This document shows, piece by piece, positions 17,850 through 28,534 of a stretch of 47,651 bases of DNA. The stretch is from contig CAYMXK010000001.1 in NCBI GenBank assembly GCA_964393915.1, positions 1-47,651 on the forward strand, written 5' to 3'. A program made the position numbers and the translations under genes. How positions within the stretch are numbered: the first letter of the stretch is position 1; the number at the start of each line of letters is the position of its first letter. The stretch is from an uncultured Prolixibacteraceae bacterium (GTDB taxonomy: Bacteria > Bacteroidota > Bacteroidia > Bacteroidales > Prolixibacteraceae). Below the pieces are notes generated by a model. It did not search any database. It was not told where the DNA came from and was given only the letters and a program-made list of their open reading frames with translations.

Positions 17850-19448
17850 ATGAGCAAAAATTTATTACTGGGCGTTGAGGCCATCGGGCAAGGCGCCATT
17901 GACGGGGGCATTTCAGGTGTGTATGCCTATCCCGGCACTCCTTCAACAGAAATTACGGAATACATCCAGATTAATCCTGAAGCAATCCGGAGAGATATCC
18001 ACAGGAAGTGGTCGTCAAATGAAAAAACAGCTTTCGAAGCGGCTTTAGGTATGTCCTATGCAGGGAAAAGATCGTTGGTTTGCATGAAACATGTGGGATT
18101 GAATGTTGCCGCAGATCCGTTTATGAACGCCTGTGTCACCGGGGTTAATGGCGGACTCGTATTGGCAGTGGCAGATGATCCCTCCATGCATTCATCGCAG
18201 AACGAACAGGACTCACGGTTTTTCGGGAAATTCGGCATGGTTCCCATTCTTGAACCAGCCGACCAGCAGGAGGCCTACGATATGACCTACGAAGGCCTTG
18301 AACTATCAGAAAAACTTCAATTGCCAGTTATCCTGCGCATAACCACCAGACTTGCCCACTCCCGCTCGGGTGTGGTAACCAAACCCGTCAAGCCGGAAAA
18401 CAAGCTGGCCTTACCCGCAAATCCCAAACAATTTCTGCTGCTGCCAGCCTTCGCGCGGAGATATTACCAGGGTCTCCTGGGCAAACAGGCTGAAATGCTG
18501 AAGCTTTCAGAAGCATCGGTGTGGAATAAATATCTTGAAAACAACGATAAAAGTCTGGGCATTATTTGCTGCGGAATTGCATACAACTACCTGATGGAGA
18601 ATTATACAGGCCAAAATTGCCCCTATCCGGTTTTAAAAATTTCGCAATATCCCATGCCCGAGGCGATGATCAAAAAGCTTGAATCTGAGTGTGACGAAAT
18701 TCTGGTCCTGGAGGAGGGCTTTCCATTTGTTGAGGAGCAGTTGAGTGACTATTTCGGCAAAGGAAAGAAAATACTGGGACGCCTGAGCGGAGCGTTGCCC
18801 CGGGCGGGTGAACTTAATCCCGACCATGTGGCAAAGGCCCTTGGAAAAGAGGTTGTTTCAGAATTTTCAATTCCATCTGTTGTGGCCAACCGCCCACCTG
18901 CCTTATGTCAGGGATGCGGGCACCAGGATGTATATTATGCACTCAACGTGGCCATAGAAGAGATCGGACACGGACGGGTTTTCTCCGATATCGGATGTTA
19001 TACCCTGGGAGCACTGCAACCTTACAATTCCATTGACACCTGTGTGGATATGGGAGCCTCCGTTACAATGGCCAAAGGAGCTGCCGATGCCGGTCTGATC
19101 CCTTCGTTTGCCGTGATCGGTGATTCTACCTTCACCCACTCGGGCATAACCGGACTTCTTGACTGTGTTAATGAAGATTCGAATGTGACGGTTATCATAC
19201 TCGACAACGAGGCCGTTGCCATGACAGGAGGCCAGGAATCTTCCGCCAAGGGCAAAATTGAGGATATCTGTGCCGGGGTTGGCGTGGAACCTGAACATAT
19301 CAGGATGGTAGTTCCCATTAAGAAAAACCATGATGAAATGGTGCGGATTATTAATGAAGAGATGAAATACCCCGGTGTGTCGGTAATCATTGCCCGCAGG
19401 CCCTGTATACAGAAGATTGCCCGTGACAAACGCGAAAAACGTAATTAA
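17850..19448 (+). CDS. iorA: Indolepyruvate ferredoxin oxidoreductase alpha subunit
   Basis: Motifs YPGTPSTEI, NEKTA, MKHVGLNVAAD, DDPSMHSSQNEQDSR, RPPALCQGCGH, SDIGCYTLG and IGDSTFTHSG. TATATTTG promoter element at 17814. Confidence 0.93.
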   Translation: MSKNLLLGVEAIGQGAIDGGISGVYAYPGTPSTEITEYIQINPEAIRRDIHRKWSSNEKTAFEAALGMSYAGKRSLVCMKHVGLNVAADPFMNACVTGVNGGLVLAVADDPSMHSSQNEQDSRFFGKFGMVPILEPADQQEAYDMTYEGLELSEKLQLPVILRITTRLAHSRSGVVTKPVKPENKLALPANPKQFLLLPAFARRYYQGLLGKQAEMLKLSEASVWNKYLENNDKSLGIICCGIAYNYLMENYTGQNCPYPVLKISQYPMPEAMIKKLESECDEILVLEEGFPFVEEQLSDYFGKGKKILGRLSGALPRAGELNPDHVAKALGKEVVSEFSIPSVVANRPPALCQGCGHQDVYYALNVAIEEIGHGRVFSDIGCYTLGALQPYNSIDTCVDMGASVTMAKGAADAGLIPSFAVIGDSTFTHSGITGLLDCVNEDSNVTVIILDNEAVAMTGGQESSAKGKIEDICAGVGVEPEHIRMVVPIKKNHDEMVRIINEEMKYPGVSVIIARRPCIQKIARDKREKRN

Positions 19449-19462
19449 CAAATAAAATTCAG

Positions 19463-20053
19463 ATGAAAATAGATATCATACTTGCAGGCGTTGGCGGCCA
19501 GGGAATCCTCTCCATAGCTGCCATTATAGGGGCTGCAGCCATTGAAAAAGGACTATACCTGAAGCAGGCAGAAACCCATGGCATGAGCCAGCGGGGAGGA
19601 GCAGTCGTTTCCAACCTCCGGATTGCAGACTATCCCCTGGCCTCAGACCTCATCCCACTTGCAGGCGCCGACATAATCCTGTCGGTGGAGCCCATGGAAT
19701 CACTCAGGTACCTGCCTTATCTTTCAAAAAAGGGCTGGCTGGTCAGCAACTCTACCACTTTCGAAAATATTCCCGATTACCCCGACTTTGAACTCATAGA
19801 AAAGGAGATCAAAAAACTGCCTCACGCTGTATTGGTCGACGCCGATAAAATAGCCAAAGAACTTGGAAACCCGCGCGGTTCCAATATGGTTATGCTGGGT
19901 GCCGCCTCCCCGTTCCTGCAATTTTCAGGCACTGAAATGGAAAAAGCCATCGAAGAATTGTTCCTCAGAAAAGGAGCAGATGTGGTTGAGCTGAATATAA
20001 AAGCATTCCGCGCCGGGAAAGCAGTTTCGGATAAGCTTATCCACATAGGGTAA
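19463..20053 (+). CDS. iorB: Indolepyruvate ferredoxin oxidoreductase beta subunit
   Basis: Motifs GVGGQGIL, ETHGMSQRGG and NMVMLGA; directly follows iorA. Confidence 0.93.
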   Translation: MKIDIILAGVGGQGILSIAAIIGAAAIEKGLYLKQAETHGMSQRGGAVVSNLRIADYPLASDLIPLAGADIILSVEPMESLRYLPYLSKKGWLVSNSTTFENIPDYPDFELIEKEIKKLPHAVLVDADKIAKELGNPRGSNMVMLGAASPFLQFSGTEMEKAIEELFLRKGADVVELNIKAFRAGKAVSDKLIHIG

Positions 20054-20113
20054 CTATCTGAATGGTAAAGGGATTTTCTTATCTTCGCAAAATAACTATT
20101 AAAGTAAGATTGC

Positions 20114-21439
20114 ATGAAGAATTTCCTGGTTCTGATCACATTACTGTTCCTCTACAGCGTTAGTTTTGCCGGAGAATCCGAAGAGGAGAAGCAAAAAAGG
20201 ATGCAATGGTTTGAAGATGCCAAACTGGGGATTTTTATCCATTGGGGTATTTACGCCGTTAATGGCATAGATGAAAGCTGGTCATTCCATAATCAATATA
20301 TCTCACACGATGATTATATGCAACAACTGGCTGGCTTTACGGCCGCAAACTATAATGCAGATACATGGGCAAAACTTTTCAGGGAGAGCGGAGCACGCTA
20401 TGCCGTTCTGACTGCCAAACACCATGATGGAGTATCGCTTTGGGATACCCGGTGCAACGATCTCAACACTGTAAAAAAAACACCAGCCGGAAAAGACCTT
20501 GTCGAACCTTTTGTAAAAGCCCTCCGGAAAAATGGCCTGAAAACCGGATTATACTATTCTCTGCTCGATTGGTCGCACCCTGACTATCCGAATTTCACAA
20601 GGACTGAAAAACGTTACACAAACGACTCCATAAAATGGAATCGTTTTATCGATTTTAACTTTTGCCAGCTGGAAGAACTCTCCCGACAATTTAAGCCTGA
20701 TCTATTTTGGTTCGACGGAGACTGGGAGGCATCAGCTGAAGCTTGGCGGGCAAAAGAATTAAGCGGGCAACTCCGCACCTGGAACAAAGATGTTATTTTA
20801 AACAGCAGGATTCAGGGATACGGAGATTATGCCACACCGGAACAAGGCCTTCCGGTAACACGTCCGGCAGAGCGTTATTGGGAGCTGTGCATGACTATGA
20901 ACGATTCGTGGGGATATCAACACAACGACAACAACTACAAATCACCCAACCAGATTATTAATATCTTCGTGGAAACCATCAGCAAGGGAGGCAACCTGCT
21001 GCTCGATATCGGCCCCAAAGCCGACGGATCCATTCCGGAAGAGCAGGTCAACATCCTCAAAGAATTGGGGCGCTGGACAAACAAACATAAGGAAGCCATT
21101 TACGGAACCCGGGCCGGCATTCCGGCGGATCATTTTCATGGGCCGACCGCATTAAATCAAAAAGGTGATATTCTTTATCTTTACCTTCCGTACAAACCCA
21201 TCGGTCCCGTTGCCCTGAAAGGGATTAAAAATAAGATCAACAGAATATGGGTTGTTGGAAACGGAACAAAACTCAGCTGGGATATAAAGATGAAGCAATA
21301 CTGGAGCAGTGTCCCGGGTTTAGTGTACATTGATGTACCTGATGTAACACTGGACAAGGACGTAACCGTAATTGCCGTCTTGCTGGATGGCAAGATTGAT
21401 CTTTACCGGGAAACAGGACAGGTGATTATCAGCAATTAA
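20114..21439 (+). CDS. Alpha-L-fucosidase (GH29)
   Basis: Signal peptide. Motifs WFEDAKLGIFIHWG, TAKHHDG, YYSLLDWSHPDY, FWFDGDW, TPEQ, WELCMT and GGNLLLDIGP. Confidence 0.92.
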   Translation: MKNFLVLITLLFLYSVSFAGESEEEKQKRMQWFEDAKLGIFIHWGIYAVNGIDESWSFHNQYISHDDYMQQLAGFTAANYNADTWAKLFRESGARYAVLTAKHHDGVSLWDTRCNDLNTVKKTPAGKDLVEPFVKALRKNGLKTGLYYSLLDWSHPDYPNFTRTEKRYTNDSIKWNRFIDFNFCQLEELSRQFKPDLFWFDGDWEASAEAWRAKELSGQLRTWNKDVILNSRIQGYGDYATPEQGLPVTRPAERYWELCMTMNDSWGYQHNDNNYKSPNQIINIFVETISKGGNLLLDIGPKADGSIPEEQVNILKELGRWTNKHKEAIYGTRAGIPADHFHGPTALNQKGDILYLYLPYKPIGPVALKGIKNKINRIWVVGNGTKLSWDIKMKQYWSSVPGLVYIDVPDVTLDKDVTVIAVLLDGKIDLYRETGQVIISN

Positions 21440-21451
21440 GGAACGGGCACC

Positions 21452-21883
21452 CTATGCCTTAATTGTCAGTTGGGTGCCGCTAAGTGTAGCGTTATACTTT
21501 TTCAATGCCCTGGGTGCAGGTCCTGTAATTACTGAACCCGTTACGGAAAAAACTGAACCATGGCACGGACAGGGCAGGTTTCCAGATGCATGACTGTACG
21601 TAACAACGCAATTTTGGTGTGTGCATAACCTGGAAAAGGCCAGATATTGACTCTCACCCGATCGGATAATAATTAAATCACCCTGATAGGCGTAGCCACC
21701 AACATTTTTTAGTGCAGAAAAAGCAGGAGAATCAAGGTCAATGACAACATCATTGCCGGGACCAGGAACCTGACCGGAATCCGGTTCATCGTCATCCTTT
21801 GAACAGGAACTAAGAATTACCGGCGCGGCAAACAACATACTCCCACCCAGAGCAAACTGTTTTAAAAATTCGTAACGTTTCAT
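21452..21883 (-). CDS. Rieske (2Fe-2S) lipoprotein
   Basis: CTHQ...CPCHGS Rieske ligands and GPA..L. Tat-like KRYEFLK start plus lipobox LSSC. Confidence 0.9.
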   Translation of the reverse strand: MKRYEFLKQFALGGSMLFAAPVILSSCSKDDDEPDSGQVPGPGNDVVIDLDSPAFSALKNVGGYAYQGDLIIIRSGESQYLAFSRLCTHQNCVVTYSHASGNLPCPCHGSVFSVTGSVITGPAPRALKKYNATLSGTQLTIKA

Positions 21884-21915
21884 ATCCCTAATATTTTTAG
21901 ATTGTTATTATTTAA

Positions 21916-21942
21916 AGACAATTAAGTCTTATTTTCGTTCAC
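21916..21942 (-). promoter_or_regulatory. Candidate ECF-sigma promoter
   Basis: The minus strand reads GTGAAC-N16-TGTCT, about 30 bp upstream of the Rieske gene. Confidence 0.4.
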
Positions 21943-22147
21943 GATCTGCAGTTAATTTTTCTAAGTGAAAATCTTACCTTCGATTGCGTTTTCAGGGCAT
22001 TTCTGATGATAATGAAACGATTTAGTCATTACATTAGCAATTTGGTTGGCGAAGGATGCATTATTTTTATGTAAAAAGAATTTTCTTTGAAACCAACTTA
22101 GAGGAAGGTTGTTAATTAAAGAGATTTTAAAAGTAAATAATTTCAAA

Positions 22148-24892
22148 ATGGATAGAATATCGCCCATGGGCAGTCAGGAAATGTCTTCTCTTGAGGATTT
22201 GTACCAATCCTATCTTAATGATCCGGCATCGGTTGATGAAAGCTGGAAGCATTTCTTCACCGGATTCGACCTGGCATTAAAAAATTTACCACAAAAGCCC
22301 AATCTGTCAGGAACGGAAAACATCCAGAAAGAGTTCGCCATTCTGAACCTGATACTTGGTTACAGGCAGCGCGGACATCTGTTTACCAGGACCAATCCTG
22401 TCCGCCAGCGAAGAAAATACTCCCCCACGCTTGAAATTGAAAATTTCGGACTTTCAAAATCAGATCTCGAAACGGTTTTCCAGGCCGGCAACGACATTGG
22501 GATCGGACCTGCGAAATTAAAGGACATCATAGCCCATCTCGAAGCTACCTATTGCGAATCAGTCGGCGTTGAATATGTATATATACGTCATCCGGAGGTT
22601 GTTACCTGGCTTAAGCAAAAAATGGAGGGCTCCCGCAACAGAAAGGAGTATTCTGAGGAGAAACGAAGGCATTTTTTCTACCACCTTAAGATTGCAGTCG
22701 GTTTCGAGAACTTTATTCACAAGAAATTCGTCGGAGCCAAGCGATTTTCTCTTGAAGGTGCAGAAGCACTGATTCCGGGTCTGGATGCAGTGATAGAAAA
22801 AGGGTCGGAGCTGGGTATCGAAGAATTCGTAATTGGCATGGCACACAGGGGCCGTCTCAACGTCCTGGCCAACATTATGGAAAAACCCTACGAACGTATT
22901 TTCAAGGAGTTTTACGGAACAGAATACGAAGACGATATTTCACTCGGTGACGTTAAATACCATCTGGGTTACGACAGCGAAGTGGAAACCGATAAAGGCA
23001 AAAAAGTTAAACTAAAGCTACTACCCAACCCATCGCACCTCGAAACCGTAAGCGGACTCGTTGAGGGTCTATCCCGCTCACGCATAGATGCTGAATATGG
23101 TGGTGATTTCAAAAAAATTGCTCCGATTCTGATACACGGTGATGCTGCGATTGCGGCCCAGGGCATTGTGTATGAGACCATTCAGATGTCTCAGCTTGCC
23201 GGTTACAAGACAGGTGGAACCATTCATTTGGTCATAAACAACCAGGTAGGCTTTACAACGAATTATACCGAGGGGCGTTCGAGTACTTATGCTACCGACG
23301 TTGCCAAGGTTATCCGTTCACCCGTTTTTCATGTGAACGGAGATGATGTCGAAGCAGTGATCTTCACCGTCAGGTTGGCCATGGAATACCGGCAGCGGTA
23401 CCACCAGGATGTCTTCATCGATATCCTCTGCTACCGGAAATACGGGCACAACGAAGGTGACGAACCACGCTTCACACAACCCACACTCTATAAGATTATC
23501 GCTAACCATCCGAATCCCAGGGACATATACAGCATGAAACTGGTCGAGATGGGTATAATGACATCCGAAGAAGCACGCGAAGAGGTAAAAAGCTTTGATC
23601 TCTTTCTGGAAGAGAAATACAAAGAATCTGAAAAAATAGAGAAACTCGATATCCGCAATTTCCTGGTAAACGAGTATGAATCGTACGAAAGAATCAGCCG
23701 CAGCGCTTTCGGCCATAAAGCTTCAACTGCCGTTCCCCGTACAAAATTAGAGGCGATTGCTGCAAAAATAAATACCCTGCCGGAAAATCTTACATTCTTC
23801 AGCAAGGTAAACCGGATTGTTGCCGACCGGCGCAACATGATTCTTGAAAACAGCCTCGACTGGGCCATGGCCGAACTTCTGGCCTATGCGACTCTTGTAG
23901 AGGAAGGACATCCGGTCAGAATAAGCGGACAGGACAGCGAGCGGGGTACATTTGCCCACCGCCATGCGGCATTTACCATGGAAGATGTGGACGAAAAATA
24001 TATACCACTGAAGCACATTTCAGTTAACCAGGCACCCTTCAACATTTACAATTCACTACTCTCAGAATATTCTGTTCTGGGTTTTGAATATGGGTATGCA
24101 CTGGCGCAGCCCCATGGACTGACAATATGGGAAGCACAATTCGGTGATTTTGCCAATGTCGCCCAGGTTATTATTGACCAGTATATTTCATCGGCTTACG
24201 AAAAATGGGGCATCATCAACGGATTAACACTACTTTTGCCGCACGGGTACGAAGGACAGGGGCCGGAGCACTCAAGTGCCCGCATGGAGCGGTTTCTGAC
24301 CCTTGCCGCAGGCAACAATATGCAGATAGTGGTGCCCACCACACCGGCAAATTTCTTTCACCTGCTCAGACGGCAGGTAAAATGGAACATCAGGCTGCCG
24401 TTAATTGTATTCACACCCAAGAGTCTTCTTCGGCATCCGATGGTAATTTCAACGCTCGATGAGATGGCACATGGCACTTTCAAAGAAGTTCTGGATGACC
24501 CTATCGCCGATCCGGAAAAGGTAAAAAGGATAATCTTCACCAACGGAAGACTCTATTACGATTTACTGAAACGCAGGAACGACGAAGAGGCAAATTGTGT
24601 TGCCATTGTCAGGGTAGAGCAGATTTACCCCTTACCTGAAAAAGAGATGCAGGATATTATCGCTAAGTATAAAAATTCAAAAGCCATCTATTGGGCCCAG
24701 GATGAGCCGGAAAACCAGGGGGCATGGCCATATATACAGCGAAAAATCGGCCATTGGGGATTCAGGAAGGCAACCAGGGCTGAAAGTGCCAGTCCGGCTG
24801 GCGGCCTCATTGAACAACATAAGAGACGCTTACAGAAACTTTTGGATGTTGCGTTCGCAGCAGATGAATTTTGTCCAGGGATAAAAAAATAA
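22148..24892 (+). CDS. sucA: 2-oxoglutarate dehydrogenase E1
   Basis: Motifs [64 protein letters not shown] and [19 protein letters not shown] at 22148 preferred. Confidence 0.97.
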   Translation: MDRISPMGSQEMSSLEDLYQSYLNDPASVDESWKHFFTGFDLALKNLPQKPNLSGTENIQKEFAILNLILGYRQRGHLFTRTNPVRQRRKYSPTLEIENFGLSKSDLETVFQAGNDIGIGPAKLKDIIAHLEATYCESVGVEYVYIRHPEVVTWLKQKMEGSRNRKEYSEEKRRHFFYHLKIAVGFENFIHKKFVGAKRFSLEGAEALIPGLDAVIEKGSELGIEEFVIGMAHRGRLNVLANIMEKPYERIFKEFYGTEYEDDISLGDVKYHLGYDSEVETDKGKKVKLKLLPNPSHLETVSGLVEGLSRSRIDAEYGGDFKKIAPILIHGDAAIAAQGIVYETIQMSQLAGYKTGGTIHLVINNQVGFTTNYTEGRSSTYATDVAKVIRSPVFHVNGDDVEAVIFTVRLAMEYRQRYHQDVFIDILCYRKYGHNEGDEPRFTQPTLYKIIANHPNPRDIYSMKLVEMGIMTSEEAREEVKSFDLFLEEKYKESEKIEKLDIRNFLVNEYESYERISRSAFGHKASTAVPRTKLEAIAAKINTLPENLTFFSKVNRIVADRRNMILENSLDWAMAELLAYATLVEEGHPVRISGQDSERGTFAHRHAAFTMEDVDEKYIPLKHISVNQAPFNIYNSLLSEYSVLGFEYGYALAQPHGLTIWEAQFGDFANVAQVIIDQYISSAYEKWGIINGLTLLLPHGYEGQGPEHSSARMERFLTLAAGNNMQIVVPTTPANFFHLLRRQVKWNIRLPLIVFTPKSLLRHPMVISTLDEMAHGTFKEVLDDPIADPEKVKRIIFTNGRLYYDLLKRRNDEEANCVAIVRVEQIYPLPEKEMQDIIAKYKNSKAIYWAQDEPENQGAWPYIQRKIGHWGFRKATRAESASPAGGLIEQHKRRLQKLLDVAFAADEFCPGIKK

Positions 24893-24896
24893 AAAT

Positions 24897-26147
24897 ATGA
24901 TAACTGAAATTAAAATACCGAGTCCGGGTGAATCGATAACCGAAGTTGAAATAGGTCGCTGGCTTGTAGAAGACGGAGCGCTCGTAAGACAAGGACAGGA
25001 AATTGGCGAAGTGGAAAGCGACAAGGCAACCCTCACCATAGTGGCATCAGCATCAGGAAAATTATCGGTGATTGCTGCAGAAGGAGCCCGTGTGGCTGTT
25101 GGCGAAATTGCCTGTACAATTGACACTTCGGTGGAAGTGCCGGATGAAAAGGCACCTCCTGCTGATGGTAAAAAAGTGGCTGAACCTGTCCTTAAAAAAG
25201 AAATTGTCCAACCTGCTGACAGCGGGGAAAAACCGAATCTGCCAGCAACTTCCGACAATCTCAAACTTACCTCTGTCGCCCGCGAAATGATGAAGGAACA
25301 TCAGCTGTCGGTTGAAGACCTGCTGAGCGGGTTGAAAAGAATTGGCAAAAAAGAGGTGGAAGCTGTTCTTGAGTTGAAAAACAATGCGGAGCCTCTGCTT
25401 CAGAAACCTGAAATATCGCGCGAACAAAAACGCGAAAAAATGACCATGCTTCGCAGGAAACTCAGCGAGCGCCTGGTGTCGGTAAAAAATGAGACGGCCA
25501 TGCTTACCACCTTCAATGAGGTAGATATGAGCGCTGTAATGGAAATCAGGAAACAGTATCAGCAAAGATTTTCCGAAAAACATGGACTTAAGCTGGGTTT
25601 TATGGCCTTCTTCACCAAGGCTGCCGCACTTGCCATTCAATATCATCCTACGGTGAATTCAATGCTCGATGGAGAAGAGATCGTACATCCGCAATATGCG
25701 GATATCGGCATTGCTGTTCAAACTCCTAAAGGGCTTATGGTGCCGGTTATCAGGAATACCGAAAGCAAAAGCATTGCACAGATTGAGCTCGACATAAAGG
25801 ATCTGGCAGAGAAAGCCCGCAACAAGAAGATTTCGATTGAAGAGCTGAGCGGAGGGACGTTTACCATTACCAATGGCGGTGTCTTCGGATCCCTGCTGTC
25901 CACACCGATCATCAATCCGCCGCAGGCGGCCATCCTGGGCATGCACAACATTGTGGACCGTCCGGTGGCAATAAATGGCAAGGTCGAAATCCGGCCCATG
26001 ATGTACATTGCCCTTTCTTACGATCACCGCATTATCGATGGAAAAGATTCGGTTGGCTTCCTGGTAAAAGTTAAGGAGATGATTGAAAACCCGCAGAAAA
26101 TGCTGACCGGAGGAAAAGACCCGCTGGATATGCTGCTGGATATCTGA
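24897..26147 (+). CDS. sucB: Dihydrolipoamide succinyltransferase E2
   Basis: Lipoyl domain EVESDKA. Motifs [26 protein letters not shown] and [10 protein letters not shown]. Confidence 0.96.
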   Translation: MITEIKIPSPGESITEVEIGRWLVEDGALVRQGQEIGEVESDKATLTIVASASGKLSVIAAEGARVAVGEIACTIDTSVEVPDEKAPPADGKKVAEPVLKKEIVQPADSGEKPNLPATSDNLKLTSVAREMMKEHQLSVEDLLSGLKRIGKKEVEAVLELKNNAEPLLQKPEISREQKREKMTMLRRKLSERLVSVKNETAMLTTFNEVDMSAVMEIRKQYQQRFSEKHGLKLGFMAFFTKAAALAIQYHPTVNSMLDGEEIVHPQYADIGIAVQTPKGLMVPVIRNTESKSIAQIELDIKDLAEKARNKKISIEELSGGTFTITNGGVFGSLLSTPIINPPQAAILGMHNIVDRPVAINGKVEIRPMMYIALSYDHRIIDGKDSVGFLVKVKEMIENPQKMLTGGKDPLDMLLDI

Positions 26148-26229
26148 AATCTTAACAGCAATGAGAGGTTGAAAACTTAACCGCAATGGACGCAAGGAAA
26201 AATCGCAAGGTGTGGTTGAAAACTTAACC
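26148..26229. repeat. CGCAA-type repeat arm between 16-bp direct repeats
   Basis: GGTTGAAAACTTAACC at 26167 and 26214. The 27 bp at 26176-26202 is identical to 31552-31578. Confidence 0.8.
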
Positions 26230-26270
26230 CTACGCTAACAAGGCTGCACTGCACCAAAAAATTTGCAGCC

Positions 26271-27917
26271 CTATTCGTTGCTTACCTTCACATCCCTGAA
26301 CATATAAGGATTGTCACTAAGCCTCAGGTCCTTACCGCTGGTGGTGGTCACATTCCTGAGAATGACTTCCCTGGTTATGACATAGGGGAACTTCTCCACA
26401 TAAGTATCATCGGTCATGCGCGGATTAAAGTTTGAAAAAATGGCGGGGCCCTTATAGTCCGCCGGATGTTTCGAGTCGTCGATCCGAAGGTTTTCGATGG
26501 TAATCCGTTCAGGCATATAGCAGGTGTAGCCAAAATCATGCTGCCCTGAATAAGATCCGCCGATAAGGCTGGCACTGGTTGGCCTGCCGCCAGCGGGTAC
26601 GAAAACGCAGTCGCGGATGATGAATTCGCCCTGCCAGGTACTGCCGTAGTCTGAGCGCAGGTTGATGAGGCTCCTTCCGTATATGGTGGAGTTTTCCACG
26701 GTAAAAGTCCCGCTGCCTATGGCGTTTATGCCCTGGTGCCCAAGGGTAGAGTTGCGGATGGTGGCATTGGCCACGCCCATGTGGGCATCAAACCGTGAAA
26801 AGGTGCAATTGTCGTAAACAAGATTCTTGCAGAAGTTGGACCCCAGAATTCCCCAGTACCTGCTGTCGTTGATGTCATTCGTCTGGCTGCAGTTCACGAA
26901 CGATATGTTGAGGGCCCGGTTGACGGAAAGGTCGTAGCTGCCCATGGAGACGGTAACTCCGGCTGCGCCAATGGTCTGGTACATTTTGCGTCCGGTCAGG
27001 AGGGTGTTTTGGACTGTCACATAGGAGCAGTCGCCGATATTGAGGAAGCCGCCATAGGGCGCACCATGGTCTCCTTCGCCAGTGACCCGGTGTTCCAGTC
27101 CGTCAACAAGAACATTGGAACGCCTGATCCCGAAGCCGCGGCTGTAGTAGGTATACTTCGATTCCGCCCTGTTGGCAATTGTGGTAAAACGCCCACCGGA
27201 GATGGTCAGCGTCGTCTCATCAATGGGAAGGGCGGTAATGTCGGTAATTTGGTCGAAATCCCAGATAATCGGGGCATCCATGTCCACATTGCCGCTTTTG
27301 TCAACGATAAAGATATCCGTCTGCGACGATCCGTTGTTTTGGTTCGGACCGTAACGAATATAACGCTTTACGTTGGAATTGGTAACGGTGATAATGCAGG
27401 TCCCGGGCAGTGGGACATCAATTTTCTCCTGGTCCCTCTTAAGGGAAGATATCCCCTCAAGCTTGAACGGCTGTTGGCTGGAACTTACCAGAAAAACATG
27501 AGCGGTTCGACTTTCGACGTCGGTATCGTCAATGATAAACGCAGCCGTGCCAAAATCCGTGTTGGTCCGGATAACCGCCGTGCGGTTTTTTCCGCTGATG
27601 TAGTAGGTGGCCCCCTCGCCGGCTTTTACAGGGAGGCCGTGCTGATTGGCAACCGCATGGGCAGCAGCGATGGCGTCCATGTCGTCGGTTTTTCCGTCGC
27701 CCTTCGCACCGAAGTCACTGTAACGGACCAAACCATTGGCTTTAAATTTAAGGAGATCCTTGGGAGATACATTTACAAGCAACTCCCCTTTTTCATTTGA
27801 GCTTACCCCGGTTTTTTTATTTTGGGATGTGATTACCACGTTGTCAAGCGGGTTTTTGGTCTGCCCCATAGAGAAAACACTGGCAAACAGGAAGAAAAAC
27901 AGCAATAAGTATTTCAT
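26271..27917 (-). CDS. Secreted right-handed beta-helix protein (polysaccharide lyase/hydrolase-like fold, function unknown)
   Basis: Signal peptide MKYLLLFFFLF, N-terminal YSDFGAKGDGKTDD motif of pectin-lyase-fold proteins, and repeated beta-helix-type strands (NCTFS, IRNSTL, VENSTI, IRDCVF). Confidence 0.7.
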   Translation of the reverse strand: MKYLLLFFFLFASVFSMGQTKNPLDNVVITSQNKKTGVSSNEKGELLVNVSPKDLLKFKANGLVRYSDFGAKGDGKTDDMDAIAAAHAVANQHGLPVKAGEGATYYISGKNRTAVIRTNTDFGTAAFIIDDTDVESRTAHVFLVSSSQQPFKLEGISSLKRDQEKIDVPLPGTCIITVTNSNVKRYIRYGPNQNNGSSQTDIFIVDKSGNVDMDAPIIWDFDQITDITALPIDETTLTISGGRFTTIANRAESKYTYYSRGFGIRRSNVLVDGLEHRVTGEGDHGAPYGGFLNIGDCSYVTVQNTLLTGRKMYQTIGAAGVTVSMGSYDLSVNRALNISFVNCSQTNDINDSRYWGILGSNFCKNLVYDNCTFSRFDAHMGVANATIRNSTLGHQGINAIGSGTFTVENSTIYGRSLINLRSDYGSTWQGEFIIRDCVFVPAGGRPTSASLIGGSYSGQHDFGYTCYMPERITIENLRIDDSKHPADYKGPAIFSNFNPRMTDDTYVEKFPYVITREVILRNVTTTSGKDLRLSDNPYMFRDVKVSNE

Positions 27918-28028
27918 AGTGAAAATATTAGTTTTTACAGTCAATATCCGATTAGGTCAATATAAAGTGTCCAATATAAAAATCAGGCATAAAGATTATC
28001 ATAAACCGGCAATTTTCGCACAAAAACC

Positions 28029-28347
28029 ATGAAAAAAAATCAGATTTGATGGGGTTAGGGGAATAGGGGAAAGGTGGCAGAACGCCTTCAGGCAAAAATC
28101 ACCGGGGAAAACCGCATTTTCGTTAAGAGAAAAAGATCGGTTTGGTGCAGCCACGCTGTTTTCGTTGGCCGATTTTAAATCGGAAGTAAAAAAAACAGAG
28201 AATTTTGAGCGGAATTACCTGTTGGGCAAGTACGGGGCTGTTCCCATTGTTGAAGATTACAACAGGCTCGATCACCACAGCCCTGCTATGGAGGAATCCT
28301 CAACTACCGTTTTCAGGCTGGTTGAAGAGTTACTAAAATACATTTAA
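28029..28347 (+). pseudogene. Possible frameshifted 105-aa ORF (A8 tract after ATG)
   Basis: Frame 28033-28347 is open. The ATG at 28029 joins it if one A is removed from the A8 run at 28032-28039. Confidence 0.35.
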
Positions 28348-28395
28348 TGGGTTGTTATGATTTACAACTATACACAAGTTGTGCAGGCTATAAAT

Positions 28396-28431
28396 AAAAA
28401 ATCGTAACTAATTAATTATCAGTTACGATTT
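28396..28431 (-). terminator. Inverted repeat downstream of tRNA-Tyr (terminator and/or recombination-site-like)
   Basis: AAATCGTAACT-N11-AGTTACGATTT, running into a T tract on the minus strand. Confidence 0.6.
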
Positions 28432-28452
28432 ATAAAGTTTTTTAAACTTTAG

Positions 28453-28534
28453 TGGGGAGAGGAGGATTCGAACCTCCGAAGGCGTTGCCAATAGATTTAC
28501 AGTCTACCCCATTTGGCCACTCTGGAATCTCCCC
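28453..28534 (-). tRNA. tRNA-Tyr(GTA)
   Basis: Reverse complement GGGGAGATTCCAGAGTGGCCAAATGGGGTAGACTGTAAATCTAT...GGAGGTTCGAATCCTCCTCTCCCCA, with a long variable arm. Confidence 0.97.

Noticed and set aside
17850..19448. IorA lacking the C-terminal ferredoxin domain as a possible truncation
   Set aside because: A length of about 530 aa is, as I recall, usual for Bacteroidota IorA, and the gene is intact and closely linked to iorB.
26242..26270. GGCTGCA...TGCAGCC inverted repeat after the beta-helix gene
   Set aside because: Long loop and no U tract, so too weak to call a terminator.
27009..27800. 263-aa plus-strand ORF
   Set aside because: Antisense shadow of the beta-helix gene, in codon register with it.
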